The notes under the pieces: generated by a model
What the model was told of the DNA's origin: nothing
Databases searched by the model: none
What the model saw: only the letters and a program-made list of their open reading frames with translations
Shown here: positions 8,001 to 17,568 of the stretch, in pieces
How positions within the stretch are numbered: position 1 is the stretch's first letter
How the letters are laid out: each line of letters opens with the position of its first letter
IMG/VR virus record: IMGVR_UViG_3300005805_000013
Coordinates: 1 to 32,763 of that record
Strand: one strand, 5' to 3'
DNA length: 32,763 bases
Origin: a virus
Taxonomy: Duplodnaviria; Caudoviricetes
Position numbers and translations under genes: made by a program

Positions 8001-8395
8001 TGCGTGATGAATTAATCACATATTTGAAAACCTTGGACTTTGGAACTGTTTCAGTCAGCGACGAATTACCTTATACCAAAGATGCGGCACCATTGTATCT
8101 AAGTAACTATAAGAAAATCTATGTGGACCGTCCTTTGTTAAGTCAAGAGCCAGTGTTGAATACCTTTGGCGGCAGTGGTTATGTAAATCAAACTACAACA
8201 ATCACAGCCTACTTGGTACTAGACGCTAAAACACTCGTATCAAATTACAACAGTATCATATCTCAGATGCAGGCCGCTAAGAATGCAATTTCTAATGATG
8301 GAAGAATCAGTAGAACTTGTAGTATTAGTCAATCATATGAGGTTGATGCATTAGTGACTGAATTTACATTCAGCTTTATAGAACTTTTATCATAA
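8000..8395 (+). CDS. Tail terminator/completion-like protein
   Basis: 131 aa, directly before the tail tube gene; translationally coupled. Confidence 0.6.
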   Translation: MRDELITYLKTLDFGTVSVSDELPYTKDAAPLYLSNYKKIYVDRPLLSQEPVLNTFGGSGYVNQTTTITAYLVLDAKTLVSNYNSIISQMQAAKNAISNDGRISRTCSISQSYEVDALVTEFTFSFIELLS

Positions 8396-8407
8396 GGAGC
8401 ATTACAA

Positions 8408-8893
8408 ATGGCTTACATTTATCCAGCTCCAGGTAACACAGACGCAGAAGTAATCTTGAAAGTCGGCATATCAGGTAGTAACCTTGCTAATACTAGCACA
8501 ACACTATCTGTTCCTAGCTTACAAGACATTACAGTTAATTCTGCAAACGATGTATTTACTTGGACACAATTAGACACAGCTTCTAAGAAGCAAGTGGCTA
8601 CAACAGCAACAAACAGTCTAGCAATGAATTTAGTATTAGATCAGGAATCATTCTTTGGTAACGCGGCAGCTACAACTGACAGCGCAAAATTCCAAGGTTT
8701 ATTCGGTCTAAGTTCAAGCAAAGACAAAATTAGCTTTAGCCTTTACTTAGGTGACACAGACACTGGCGGCGCAGGCAAAACCATTACAGGCGCAGGCTAT
8801 GTAACTGGTCTAGCACCAACAGTAAGTGCAGACAGCCCAGTATGGGTATCACCAATCACTATCACAGTGGATGGTGACTACACAGTAGCTTAA
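8408..8893 (+). CDS. Major tail tube protein
   Basis: 161 aa, S/T/G-rich beta protein ending GAGYVTGLAPTVSADSPVWVSPITITVDG; synteny. Confidence 0.8.
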   Translation: MAYIYPAPGNTDAEVILKVGISGSNLANTSTTLSVPSLQDITVNSANDVFTWTQLDTASKKQVATTATNSLAMNLVLDQESFFGNAAATTDSAKFQGLFGLSSSKDKISFSLYLGDTDTGGAGKTITGAGYVTGLAPTVSADSPVWVSPITITVDGDYTVA

Positions 8894-8909
8894 GGCAGTC
8901 AACAAGATA

Positions 8910-8933
8910 AACAGGGCGTTAATGCGCCCTGTT
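8910..8933 (+). terminator. Hairpin (possible terminator or mRNA 3' end) after the tail tube gene
   Basis: AACAGGGCG-TTAATG-CGCCCTGTT inverted repeat; weak U-tract. Confidence 0.55.
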
Positions 8934-8939
8934 GTCTTA

Positions 8940-8947
8940 TATAAATA
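8940..8947 (+). promoter_or_regulatory. Putative late promoter TATAAATA for the tail assembly operon
   Basis: Exact T4 late consensus immediately after the hairpin and 20 nt before ATG 8968. Confidence 0.65.
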
Positions 8948-8967
8948 CAACAAGCGAGGATATACAG

Positions 8968-9141
8968 ATGGAAGTTCTAGAGACCAAAGACCGCAAAGAA
9001 TTATTGCAAAGTGTATTGGCAGAAGTCGCAAAGACAGCCAATGAAGTAAATTGTGCGGCCAAAGATGTGGCCAAAGCACGCAACAGATTAACATTCTTAA
9101 TAGCAGTGGCAAATGAATTGATCAACAGAGAGGAGATATAA
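8968..9141 (+). CDS. Small coiled-coil hypothetical protein (57 aa)
   Basis: GAGGA RBS supports ATG 8968 over the TTG at 8932. Confidence 0.7.
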   Translation: MEVLETKDRKELLQSVLAEVAKTANEVNCAAKDVAKARNRLTFLIAVANELINREEI

Positions 9142-9143
9142 AG

Positions 9144-9482
9144 ATGAAATTAAGCCAATTAGCCGCAAAACCCCAATTAATAGAAATAAAATTAGATGAT
9201 GAAGAAACTCTAGCCAAATATGGTGAAGCAGTTACATTCCATATCTGGGATCGCCAGAGTATGGATACCTTTGTTAAATTAGCAACCATAGATTACAAAG
9301 AGTTTGGTAGTGTTGCAGAATTGATGAAAGCATTGGTATTAGACGAAGAGGGTAAGCCAATCGTTAATGACGAACTAGTATTGCCAACAGATTTACTAAT
9401 GAAAGCAATTACAAAAGTGATTGAAACCTTGGGAAAGTCAGTAACCCCATCTACAGGGACGACGATAGAGAATACCAAGTAA
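9144..9482 (+). CDS. Tail assembly chaperone (gpG-like)
   Basis: Between tube and tape measure genes; contains the G GGA AAG slippery site. Confidence 0.85.
   Translation: MKLSQLAAKPQLIEIKLDDEETLAKYGEAVTFHIWDRQSMDTFVKLATIDYKEFGSVAELMKALVLDEEGKPIVNDELVLPTDLLMKAITKVIETLGKSVTPSTGTTIENTK
9431..9437 (+). other. Programmed -1 ribosomal frameshift site GGGAAAG
   Basis: Same heptamer and phase as the lambda G-T site (G GGA AAG, Gly-Lys); the -1 frame is open from 9431 into ORF 9485..9712. Confidence 0.9.
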
Positions 9483-9712
9483 TATTGATGTTAGATGCAG
9501 TAGCACAACGCTATGGTGTGCTACCAAGTGACTTGTTATTAAGAGGTAATAGTATTGATATCACTATAGCTAATCTAGCACAAGAATATATTAATAGAAA
9601 AACGGCAGAAGCAAACGGGCAACAGATAGCAAAACGAGCACCTAATCTATCACAAGAAGAGATGCAGAATATGATTAAAAAGGTTAAGGATAGAGAAAAT
9701 GTCAGCAAATAA
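9437..9712 (+). CDS. Tail assembly chaperone GT extension (fusion about 189 aa)
   Basis: The -1 frame reads VSNPIYRDDDREYQVILMLDAVAQRYGVLPS...; no clear RBS of its own. Confidence 0.82.
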   Translation, partial: VSNPIYRDDDREYQVILMLDAVAQRYGVLPSDLLLRGNSIDITIANLAQEYINRKTAEANGQQIAKRAPNLSQEEMQNMIKKVKDRENVSK

Positions 9713-9974
9713 CAGAATGACACCATCACTGATGCGTATTGTTAGTAAGTTATCAACTGTACCTAAAAAAGCCTTTGATGTGTTTATTGCCAATACCCCA
9801 GTAGCCAGTGGTAACGCTCGACGGAAAACAAAATTGGTTGGCAATGCAATCCGTGCTGATTATGCTTATGCTACTAGATTAGACGAAGGCTATAGTAGAA
9901 AGCGTCCTGAAGGTATGACTAAACCTACAGAACGATTTCTTAGTGATGAAGTTAAAAAAATAATGAGGAAATAG
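9699..9974 (+). CDS. HK97 gp10-like neck/tail completion protein
   Basis: TPVASGNARR...YAYATRLDEG motif resembles the gp10 family (P-V-x-T/S-G-x-L/A-R...YA...E.G). Confidence 0.65.
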   Translation: MSANNRMTPSLMRIVSKLSTVPKKAFDVFIANTPVASGNARRKTKLVGNAIRADYAYATRLDEGYSRKRPEGMTKPTERFLSDEVKKIMRK

Positions 9975-9976
9975 CG

Positions 9977-12565
9977 ATGGCTGACTTAAATTATACCGTT
10001 GAAGTTAGAATACAACAAGCACAGGCCAACTTAAAACGGGTCGCTGACCAAACCAAAGCAACAGCCGATAGTTTCAGAGGGCTAAACACAGCCATTGCAG
10101 GCATCGCCATAACTAGTTTCATTGGTAGTGCCCTGCGTATGGCAGACACTATCCAAGAAGTTGGTAAAGCCAGCGGCCTAGGTACACAATTTGTCAAAGG
10201 CTTTGCTGATGCTGTAGTTCAATCAGGTGGCGATTTCGAAAATGCAGTTACTGGAATTGCTAGATTCAGCCAGAGTATCAGTGATGCCTTATCTGGCAAC
10301 GATACAATATTAGCTAAGTTTGAACAGCTTGGTATTAGCCTAAAAGATCTAAAAACATTATCTGATCAAGAAATCCTTAGAAAAACAATTGAAGGTCTTG
10401 CAAGGATGCCAGAAGGTGCTACTAAAACAGCATTGGCAATGGATTTACTCAGCAAGAAGTTTGCCACTGTAGATTTCAAAGGACTTAATAATGATTTAGA
10501 TTCATTTGTAGCTAAGGCAGGGTCTAGTGTAAGTGTCTTAGAGGAATCAGCTAGACTACAAGATCAACTAACAGGTGCTGTTAATAATTTACAAGTTGGT
10601 TTATTGAAAGCAATAGAACCGCTAATAAGTTTCTTAGCTAATCTTAAACCAGAACAGATTGAAAGATTTGTTGAAGCAGTAGTAAAAATTGGAACAGCCT
10701 TAACCGCGATCGCGGCATCAACTAAAGTCTTCAATCTAATAGCCGCTGGATTTGGATCCGTGGCAACAGCCGCGCTTTTATTTAAGAAAGGTTTAGGAGA
10801 TATAGCCGGCACAATCCCACGAATCAGCTATCAATTCTCTAGATTTCTTCATCATCTAGGACTAGCAAGCGGTTTATTTTCAAAATTATATGAAGTAGGC
10901 AAATTTGTATTAATCTTCCTTGAAAAGAGAGTCGTCGCATTGTTAATAGGATTTAGTAGAATGACTCCTTTACTAGCAATTATTACTGGTGCATTGTATG
11001 TCTTAAATGAAGTTATCGCTATGGCGTTTGGTGTTGATCTGATAGACAAATTTACTGGTGCCCTAGGCCGCGCATATGATAAATTAAAATCATTTTTCAC
11101 AGGTGATACCGGACAGAAAAAAGCCATTGAAGATGCGTCCAAAGCACAAGAAGCGGCTGATAAAAAGAGAGAAGAAAACACAGCACGACTAGCGGCGATA
11201 CAAGCCAAAGCCTGGATTGCAGAAAAAACAGCACAAGAAGAAGCCGCAAAACTTAGGAATAAAGTTAACGATGCTTACATTAAAGAAGAGCAAGCACTTA
11301 ACAAACAGGTAGCGGCTTTTCAATCAGCAAATGCGGCACAAGTCCAAGCATTAAAAACACAAATAGAATTTACCGGTCTAAGCGATAAACAGAAAGCAGT
11401 CCGTGAAGCAGAGTTAGAATTAGAAAAACGCTACAGTCAAGAAACTGAAGATATGTTGAATAAGCAGATAGAGTTAAATTCAACTATCGCAGATGCTAAA
11501 ACTCGTATAAAGCGAGAAGAAGAACTTGCGGCAATATACGGTAAAGAAGTCAATAAAGAGGTTGTTAAAGGCCTACAAGAACAAATTAAAGTAGCTGAAA
11601 GTCAATTGCCATTAGTTAAGAAAAAAATTAATGAAGTTACAGAAGAATACCAGAAACAGGTGCCAGTAATTAAAGAGGTGGCGGCAACTGCGTATGATGC
11701 GGCAGTATCACAAAGAGAAGCACAATTATTACTGCGTGGTAGTTTAGATCAGCAAATACAACAACAAAATACTATTCTTGACTTACAGAAACAGATGGCA
11801 CAATTAACAATGACTGACATTGAGAAAAAATATTCAGACATTGATGCGGCCGCAAGAGCAAGTGCTAAAGCACAGATTGATTATATCAATACTGAAAGAG
11901 CATTACGCAAAGAAGAACTATTAGACGAACAAACCAAATTACAAATATATGAGCAAGCATTAGAAAAAACTAAAAAAATAAAAGATGCACAAAAAGATTT
12001 GTATGATGAAAGCCGTAAGTTCTCAACAGGTTGGACTAAGGCAATGAAAGATTATGTAGAAGCCGCAACCAATGGAGCAAAACGAGCAGAAGCAGTATTC
12101 ACTACAGCCACACAAAATATGGAAGAAGCCATCGTGCAATTTGCCAAGACTGGTAAGTTTGAATGGCGCAGTTTCGTCAGCACCATTGTTGAAGAATTGT
12201 TACGCCAACAAGTGCGTGAACTTATCGCAACGACATTTGGTGGTATTAGGGCACCAGCCTCAGGAGGAGGCGGAGGTGGTGGTGGCTTATTTGATCTAAT
12301 TGGAGGTTTCTTTAAGGGCTTTGCCAATGGTGGTGTCATTCCGACCAACGGTCCTGTGATAGTTGGTGAACGCGGTCCTGAATTATTGATGGGTGCTGCT
12401 GGTAGAAATGTCATACCAAATAATCAATTGGGTGGAACCAATGTAGTCTATAATATCAATGCTGTTGATGCGATGAGCTTCAAACAGATGATAGCCAGAG
12501 ACCCAAGTTTCATTTATGCAGTAAGTCAGCAGGGTGCTAAAAGCATTCCTAGCACAAGGAGATAA
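9977..12565 (+). CDS. Tape measure protein
   Basis: 862 aa, Ala/Lys/Glu-rich helical; lambda-like C-terminus (GWTKAMKDY...FAKTGKF...FANGG...VGERGPEL). Confidence 0.93.
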   Translation: MADLNYTVEVRIQQAQANLKRVADQTKATADSFRGLNTAIAGIAITSFIGSALRMADTIQEVGKASGLGTQFVKGFADAVVQSGGDFENAVTGIARFSQSISDALSGNDTILAKFEQLGISLKDLKTLSDQEILRKTIEGLARMPEGATKTALAMDLLSKKFATVDFKGLNNDLDSFVAKAGSSVSVLEESARLQDQLTGAVNNLQVGLLKAIEPLISFLANLKPEQIERFVEAVVKIGTALTAIAASTKVFNLIAAGFGSVATAALLFKKGLGDIAGTIPRISYQFSRFLHHLGLASGLFSKLYEVGKFVLIFLEKRVVALLIGFSRMTPLLAIITGALYVLNEVIAMAFGVDLIDKFTGALGRAYDKLKSFFTGDTGQKKAIEDASKAQEAADKKREENTARLAAIQAKAWIAEKTAQEEAAKLRNKVNDAYIKEEQALNKQVAAFQSANAAQVQALKTQIEFTGLSDKQKAVREAELELEKRYSQETEDMLNKQIELNSTIADAKTRIKREEELAAIYGKEVNKEVVKGLQEQIKVAESQLPLVKKKINEVTEEYQKQVPVIKEVAATAYDAAVSQREAQLLLRGSLDQQIQQQNTILDLQKQMAQLTMTDIEKKYSDIDAAARASAKAQIDYINTERALRKEELLDEQTKLQIYEQALEKTKKIKDAQKDLYDESRKFSTGWTKAMKDYVEAATNGAKRAEAVFTTATQNMEEAIVQFAKTGKFEWRSFVSTIVEELLRQQVRELIATTFGGIRAPASGGGGGGGGLFDLIGGFFKGFANGGVIPTNGPVIVGERGPELLMGAAGRNVIPNNQLGGTNVVYNINAVDAMSFKQMIARDPSFIYAVSQQGAKSIPSTRR

Positions 12566-12567
12566 CG

Positions 12568-13191
12568 ATGACCACAGCTTTCCAAACAGTCATTGACTAT
12601 GCTGAAACGATCAGCATCAACAAGAGAGGTGTAGTTAGCCAAACAACCTCAAGAGATCAAACAGTGCGTTCAACTAGCCGTGGTGGACAGGTATGGCGCT
12701 TTGATGTCAAGGTGCCAGATGGTATCCCTTGGCAGACATTGCGCGGTCCAATTGAAGCGATAGAAAATGCAGACCGTTATACATCAGCTAACATCAGTCT
12801 AAACACTACGGGCACACTAGATTGGTTTATGAAATACCAAGGCAATAGTGTCAGCACAACCGGTTTCGTCGGCACGGTAACACAGGGAAATGTAAATCTC
12901 ACATTGACATCAAGTCCAACCACAAGTTCAGGATACAAATTCCGTGCTGGCGATCTTATACAATTAGGCACCGCAGGCAAAGTTTATTCAGTAGTAAGTG
13001 ATGTGGCATTCAATAGTAATGCAGTGCAACTTAACCGTCCAGTTATCGATAGTAGTGGTAGCAAAACCTTAGTAGTAGGTCCCAATGTAGTATTCAAAGT
13101 TATCTGCACCAACTTGCCTAATTGGACTATATTTGCTCGTGATCAAGTCAGCTGGGATGGCACATTTACATTTTATGAAGATTTGACATAA
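12568..13191 (+). CDS. Distal tail protein (Dit-like)
   Basis: Follows the tape measure gene; FRAGDLIQLG and FTFYEDL termini. Confidence 0.7.
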   Translation: MTTAFQTVIDYAETISINKRGVVSQTTSRDQTVRSTSRGGQVWRFDVKVPDGIPWQTLRGPIEAIENADRYTSANISLNTTGTLDWFMKYQGNSVSTTGFVGTVTQGNVNLTLTSSPTTSSGYKFRAGDLIQLGTAGKVYSVVSDVAFNSNAVQLNRPVIDSSGSKTLVVGPNVVFKVICTNLPNWTIFARDQVSWDGTFTFYEDLT

Positions 13192-13769
13192 TGGCAGTCT
13201 TAGATCTCAGTGCATACACCAGCATACAAACTAACTTGTTTGTGCGTTTGGATATACCAGGATACCAAGTCTTGAGGTTTAGTGATTTGGCAATACCTTA
13301 CACTATCAACAGTGAAAGTTACACAGCACTAGGACAATTATTATCAATCAGTGATAGTAGCAGTGAACTCCGTGCTACACCACAAGAAGTCACAGTAGCT
13401 ATCGCAGGTATACCCAATACCAATGTATCAACTATCTTAGCCAATCCAGTCAAAGGCAGTAGCATCAAAATCTATCGTGCATTTTTCAATCCATCAACTG
13501 GCCAATTATTAAGTGTAGCAGGTAACCCCGCACAGAAATTCCAAGGCATAGTTGGTAACTATGATATCACAGACGAATTAGAGATGGGCAGTTTAACTGG
13601 TACAGTCAGTCTTACATTGACCTGCACCAATGTAGTAGAATTACTAAACAATAAAGTAGCAGGACGCAGAACAAATCCAATAGATCAAAAAAGTTTCTAC
13701 GCAACAGACATTAGCTTTGATCGTGTGTTTGCATTGGCAAACAGCAACTTCAATTTTGGGGCGAAATAA
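13191..13769 (+). CDS. Minor tail/hub protein
   Basis: Motifs YTALGQLLSIS, IKIYRAFF, GRRTNPIDQKSFY..D.SFD; synteny. Confidence 0.7.
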   Translation: MAVLDLSAYTSIQTNLFVRLDIPGYQVLRFSDLAIPYTINSESYTALGQLLSISDSSSELRATPQEVTVAIAGIPNTNVSTILANPVKGSSIKIYRAFFNPSTGQLLSVAGNPAQKFQGIVGNYDITDELEMGSLTGTVSLTLTCTNVVELLNNKVAGRRTNPIDQKSFYATDISFDRVFALANSNFNFGAK

Positions 13770-16700
13770 TGAGTTTCTTTGGCGGTATAACAAACATATT
13801 CAGTGGTGGTGGACCTTTAGGTAGCCTCATTCGCACGGTGGCTATGGGTTATATAGTCAAAAAGCTCAGCAATTCAGCAAACAAACAAAATGAAACAGCT
13901 GGTCGTAGTGCAGATCAAAAAACAGCACCTGGCATAGACAACGGTGTCCGACTACAAGTCCCTCCAGCCGCAGATGAAAAGATACCAGTCTTATATGGTA
14001 GTGCTTTCTTTGGTGGTATCATCTCAGAAGCAGTTATGTCAAACAACAATCAAAGGATGCATTATGTCCTTACATTGGCTGAAAAGACAGGCACACTATA
14101 TTCAAACAGTGCAGTAACCAGTTATAGTTTCGGTAGCATCTATTGGAATGATCAGACAATAACATTCAAAGCAGATGGTGTAACTATTGATTATACCACA
14201 GACCGCAGTGGAAATCGCGATGAAAGCCTTAATGATTTAGTCAAGATTTATTGTTATGCAGGTGGTAGTGCCAGTAGTAATCAAAGATTCCCAACAGGCA
14301 CAAGTGGCACAGCCGTAAATGCCTACAGCGTAGTGTCAGGTTGGAATAGCAATCACGCAATGACCAATTTGATCTTTGCAGTAGTTGAAGTCAACTATTC
14401 AGCAGAACGCAATATCAAAGGCATTGGTGATGTCAAGTTCCAAGTCTCATCATCTATGAACAAGCCTGGTGATGTTATCTATGACTACGCTACAAATAAT
14501 CTATATGGTGCTAACATTGCCGCCGCAGAGATTGACACTACAACTATCACAGCCTTAAACAGTTATTCAGCCAACAGCGTAAGTTATATAGATGAAAATG
14601 CAGTTAGCCAAACACTTACTAACAGATATCAGATCAATGGATTGGTAAACACAGACAATCCTGTGATGCAGAATGTAGAAGAACTTACAAGTTCAGCAGG
14701 CAGTTGGTTAAGCTATAGCCTAGTTACAGGCAAATGGAGTGTTATCATTAATCGTGCAGGCACAAGTGTTGCCAGCTTCGATGATACCAATATCTTAGGC
14801 ACTGTAAGTGTTAGTGGTACCGGACTACAAGATCTATATAACAGCGTTAAAACAGAATTCCCCAACAGAGACATCCGTGATGGCACAGATTATGTGCAGT
14901 TAAGTATTGCCGCAGGTGATCGCAATGCCAACGAGCCAAATAACACACTTAATATTAGCTATAACTTCCTAAATGAGCCGGTGCAAGCACAGCTATTAGG
15001 ATTTATTGAACTTAAACAAAGCCGAATTGATTTGGTTATCACTTTCCAAAGTGATTATACTACCTTAAACTTGGTGCCTGGTGATATCATTGATGTAACC
15101 AACTCTACATTAGGCTTTACTAATAAACTATTCCGTATCATAACCATAGCTGAAGTAGAAGGTGATACTGGCTTACAGAGTGAAATCACAGCACTAGAAT
15201 ATGACAGCACAGTCTATAATGAAGACCTAAGCCGCGTGACGAGAACGGTTACTAATGGCTTTACCACAACTGGTAACATTGGACGCCCCGGAACTCCAAC
15301 TATCGCTAAGTTTGAAGATGATGCTAGACCTCGTATCGAAGTCAGCACCACAAGTCCAATTGGCACTGTTGAAGGTATAGAATATTGGCTATCAAATGAT
15401 GTAGCATTAGGAGAAGCACAACGAAACTATAGATTGATTGGCACAAGACAGGCAGTAAATGGTAATGCCAATGTCAGAGGCACATTTACAGTAGGCGAAA
15501 CAGTAACCTTAGACTACGACAATATTGGTACCAGCAACCTAGTGATGAAAACACGAGGTTACAATAGCACCACAGTGGGTCCATTCAGTGCCAATAGTGC
15601 TATAACAACATTCACATCAACACAGACCACAGATGCTATCGGTCCTGAAACACAGGCCTATGATGAACTTGGTGGATTGATGACAGCCTTGTCCGTGGTT
15701 TCATTATTAAATAAATTAGATGGATTGTTTGGTAATAGTGCCACAGGTAGTGGTGGTGTATTCCAGGCTATCAAAGATATTTTATTCCCAGGTAGTAATG
15801 CCGCAGTCAATTCAGCTGAAGCAATATTAAGCCAAAGTAACTCATTCCAAAGCAATATCAATAGTTCAATTAATAGTGCTATACAAGATCCTGCGTTTCT
15901 TAATAATGTAAGTCAATTTACGAGCAACCTAAGTGCATATTCAATTGATAATTTAGCTGATGTTGATACAGCCGATTATACCAAAGTTACAAATAGAAGT
16001 GTGCTTACCTGGGATGGTACAAGATGGCGTCCTGCACTTACCTGTTGTCCTGGTGATTTATCATTTGGTGCTAACACAGTAACCCCACCCACACCACCAA
16101 CAGGACCTGTTTATCTAAACAGATACTACACCTGGCCTAATGATATTACTAACACTTACTCTGAAGAGGTTACCGGCCCTGGCAATGTCGTAGTTACTGC
16201 ACCTACAATATTTGGACAAACCATACACGGAGAATTTGCACCACAGACAGGTAGTTATTATGCTTGGTTTAGAAACACAGGCAATGCGGCAATATATAGC
16301 AATCTTTATGTAGGAAGTGGTAGTGTAAAATTATATAAATCTAATGGCACATTGGTTGAAACCCTATCAGCCGCAAGTTTAGTCATTGACAAAAACCGTG
16401 TAGAGTTTCCTTTTGCAGATAGGGAATTAGGCACTAACTATTATATCCTAATGGACGCCAATGTAGTTTATTATTGTCCAGACAGTCCGGTAGGTAGCCC
16501 AACAATTAGTAGCCCTACTGTATGGAACTTTAACACACCATATTTTGCAGTAGATGCCTACAGCAATGTAACTCCTGGTAGTTTAGATACTTTAAGTAGT
16601 CCTACAGCACCATCTACAGCTGATCTAACCATTACTAATATTAGTTGGGGTAATCTCCTATGTCCAAATGCTAACTTAACAATTACATTCAGCGAAAATA

Positions 16701-17557
16701 TCACAACCAACAGTGGAACCGTAACCATTACAGGTAACAGTGGAGTCGTAGCTACATTAGCAGGTGGTAGTGCGACAATAGTTAGTAATCAGATGAGATT
16801 TGGACAAGTTGGTGCTATGACTTATGGCAATATATTTACAGTCAGCGTCAGCGCAGGCATCGCACAGACAGTTCGTACCACTGCAACCAATTATGCCTGC
16901 GGAGTTTGGTCTAATATTGCCCCTACACAATCACAAAGTATTGCATCTACTAAAGTTGTAGAGACTAAACCTTTACTCGTGGTTTCAAGTTATAGTCTCA
17001 CTGAACAAACACTAACTGGTAATGTTATTACTTCAGCACCTTATACTTCAACCAGTATAGAAAGTTTATTAACAATTAACTTTAATCGCCCAATTTACCG
17101 CACTGGCACAGGAACATTAAATATATCTATATATGAAGCTGACGGGACATTACATCAGGCATTCAATCTAAATAGTAATTTTTCTAGCGACTTTACTAGT
17201 GAAATAGTTTCAATGTCCGACGGCGGAACTAGTATTACACTAAATCCAACTCGTGACTTTAAGACAGACACTAGTTATTATTGTCTAATACCAAACAATG
17301 TATTAAAAGATGATTGTGGTGTTAATTTTACAGGTGTAAGTGACACTAGTGCTATTACTTGGACAACGGTTGGTTGGAATGTTAGCACAATATTCCCACA
17401 GAACAATGCAACAAATACAACAGTAAATAATTCAGGATTGGTATTGTCATTTCCACAAAACATACAACCTGGTACAGGAAGATTAAAAATATACAATAGT
17501 GCTAATGTTATAGTGGCAAATATTAGTTCTACAAACGGTAATGTTATATATAGTTAA
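13769..17557 (+). CDS. Tail tip/host-specificity protein (gpJ-like) with C-terminal Ig-like (Big_5-type) domains
   Basis: KIPVLYG, NKPGDVIYDY, RYQING, LVPGDIIDVT...FRIITI...ITALEYD tip motifs, followed by ~110-aa Ig-like repeats. Confidence 0.85.
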   Translation: MSFFGGITNIFSGGGPLGSLIRTVAMGYIVKKLSNSANKQNETAGRSADQKTAPGIDNGVRLQVPPAADEKIPVLYGSAFFGGIISEAVMSNNNQRMHYVLTLAEKTGTLYSNSAVTSYSFGSIYWNDQTITFKADGVTIDYTTDRSGNRDESLNDLVKIYCYAGGSASSNQRFPTGTSGTAVNAYSVVSGWNSNHAMTNLIFAVVEVNYSAERNIKGIGDVKFQVSSSMNKPGDVIYDYATNNLYGANIAAAEIDTTTITALNSYSANSVSYIDENAVSQTLTNRYQINGLVNTDNPVMQNVEELTSSAGSWLSYSLVTGKWSVIINRAGTSVASFDDTNILGTVSVSGTGLQDLYNSVKTEFPNRDIRDGTDYVQLSIAAGDRNANEPNNTLNISYNFLNEPVQAQLLGFIELKQSRIDLVITFQSDYTTLNLVPGDIIDVTNSTLGFTNKLFRIITIAEVEGDTGLQSEITALEYDSTVYNEDLSRVTRTVTNGFTTTGNIGRPGTPTIAKFEDDARPRIEVSTTSPIGTVEGIEYWLSNDVALGEAQRNYRLIGTRQAVNGNANVRGTFTVGETVTLDYDNIGTSNLVMKTRGYNSTTVGPFSANSAITTFTSTQTTDAIGPETQAYDELGGLMTALSVVSLLNKLDGLFGNSATGSGGVFQAIKDILFPGSNAAVNSAEAILSQSNSFQSNINSSINSAIQDPAFLNNVSQFTSNLSAYSIDNLADVDTADYTKVTNRSVLTWDGTRWRPALTCCPGDLSFGANTVTPPTPPTGPVYLNRYYTWPNDITNTYSEEVTGPGNVVVTAPTIFGQTIHGEFAPQTGSYYAWFRNTGNAAIYSNLYVGSGSVKLYKSNGTLVETLSAASLVIDKNRVEFPFADRELGTNYYILMDANVVYYCPDSPVGSPTISSPTVWNFNTPYFAVDAYSNVTPGSLDTLSSPTAPSTADLTITNISWGNLLCPNANLTITFSENITTNSGTVTITGNSGVVATLAGGSATIVSNQMRFGQVGAMTYGNIFTVSVSAGIAQTVRTTATNYACGVWSNIAPTQSQSIASTKVVETKPLLVVSSYSLTEQTLTGNVITSAPYTSTSIESLLTINFNRPIYRTGTGTLNISIYEADGTLHQAFNLNSNFSSDFTSEIVSMSDGGTSITLNPTRDFKTDTSYYCLIPNNVLKDDCGVNFTGVSDTSAITWTTVGWNVSTIFPQNNATNTTVNNSGLVLSFPQNIQPGTGRLKIYNSANVIVANISSTNGNVIYS

Positions 17558-17568
17558 GAGGTCGAGAG

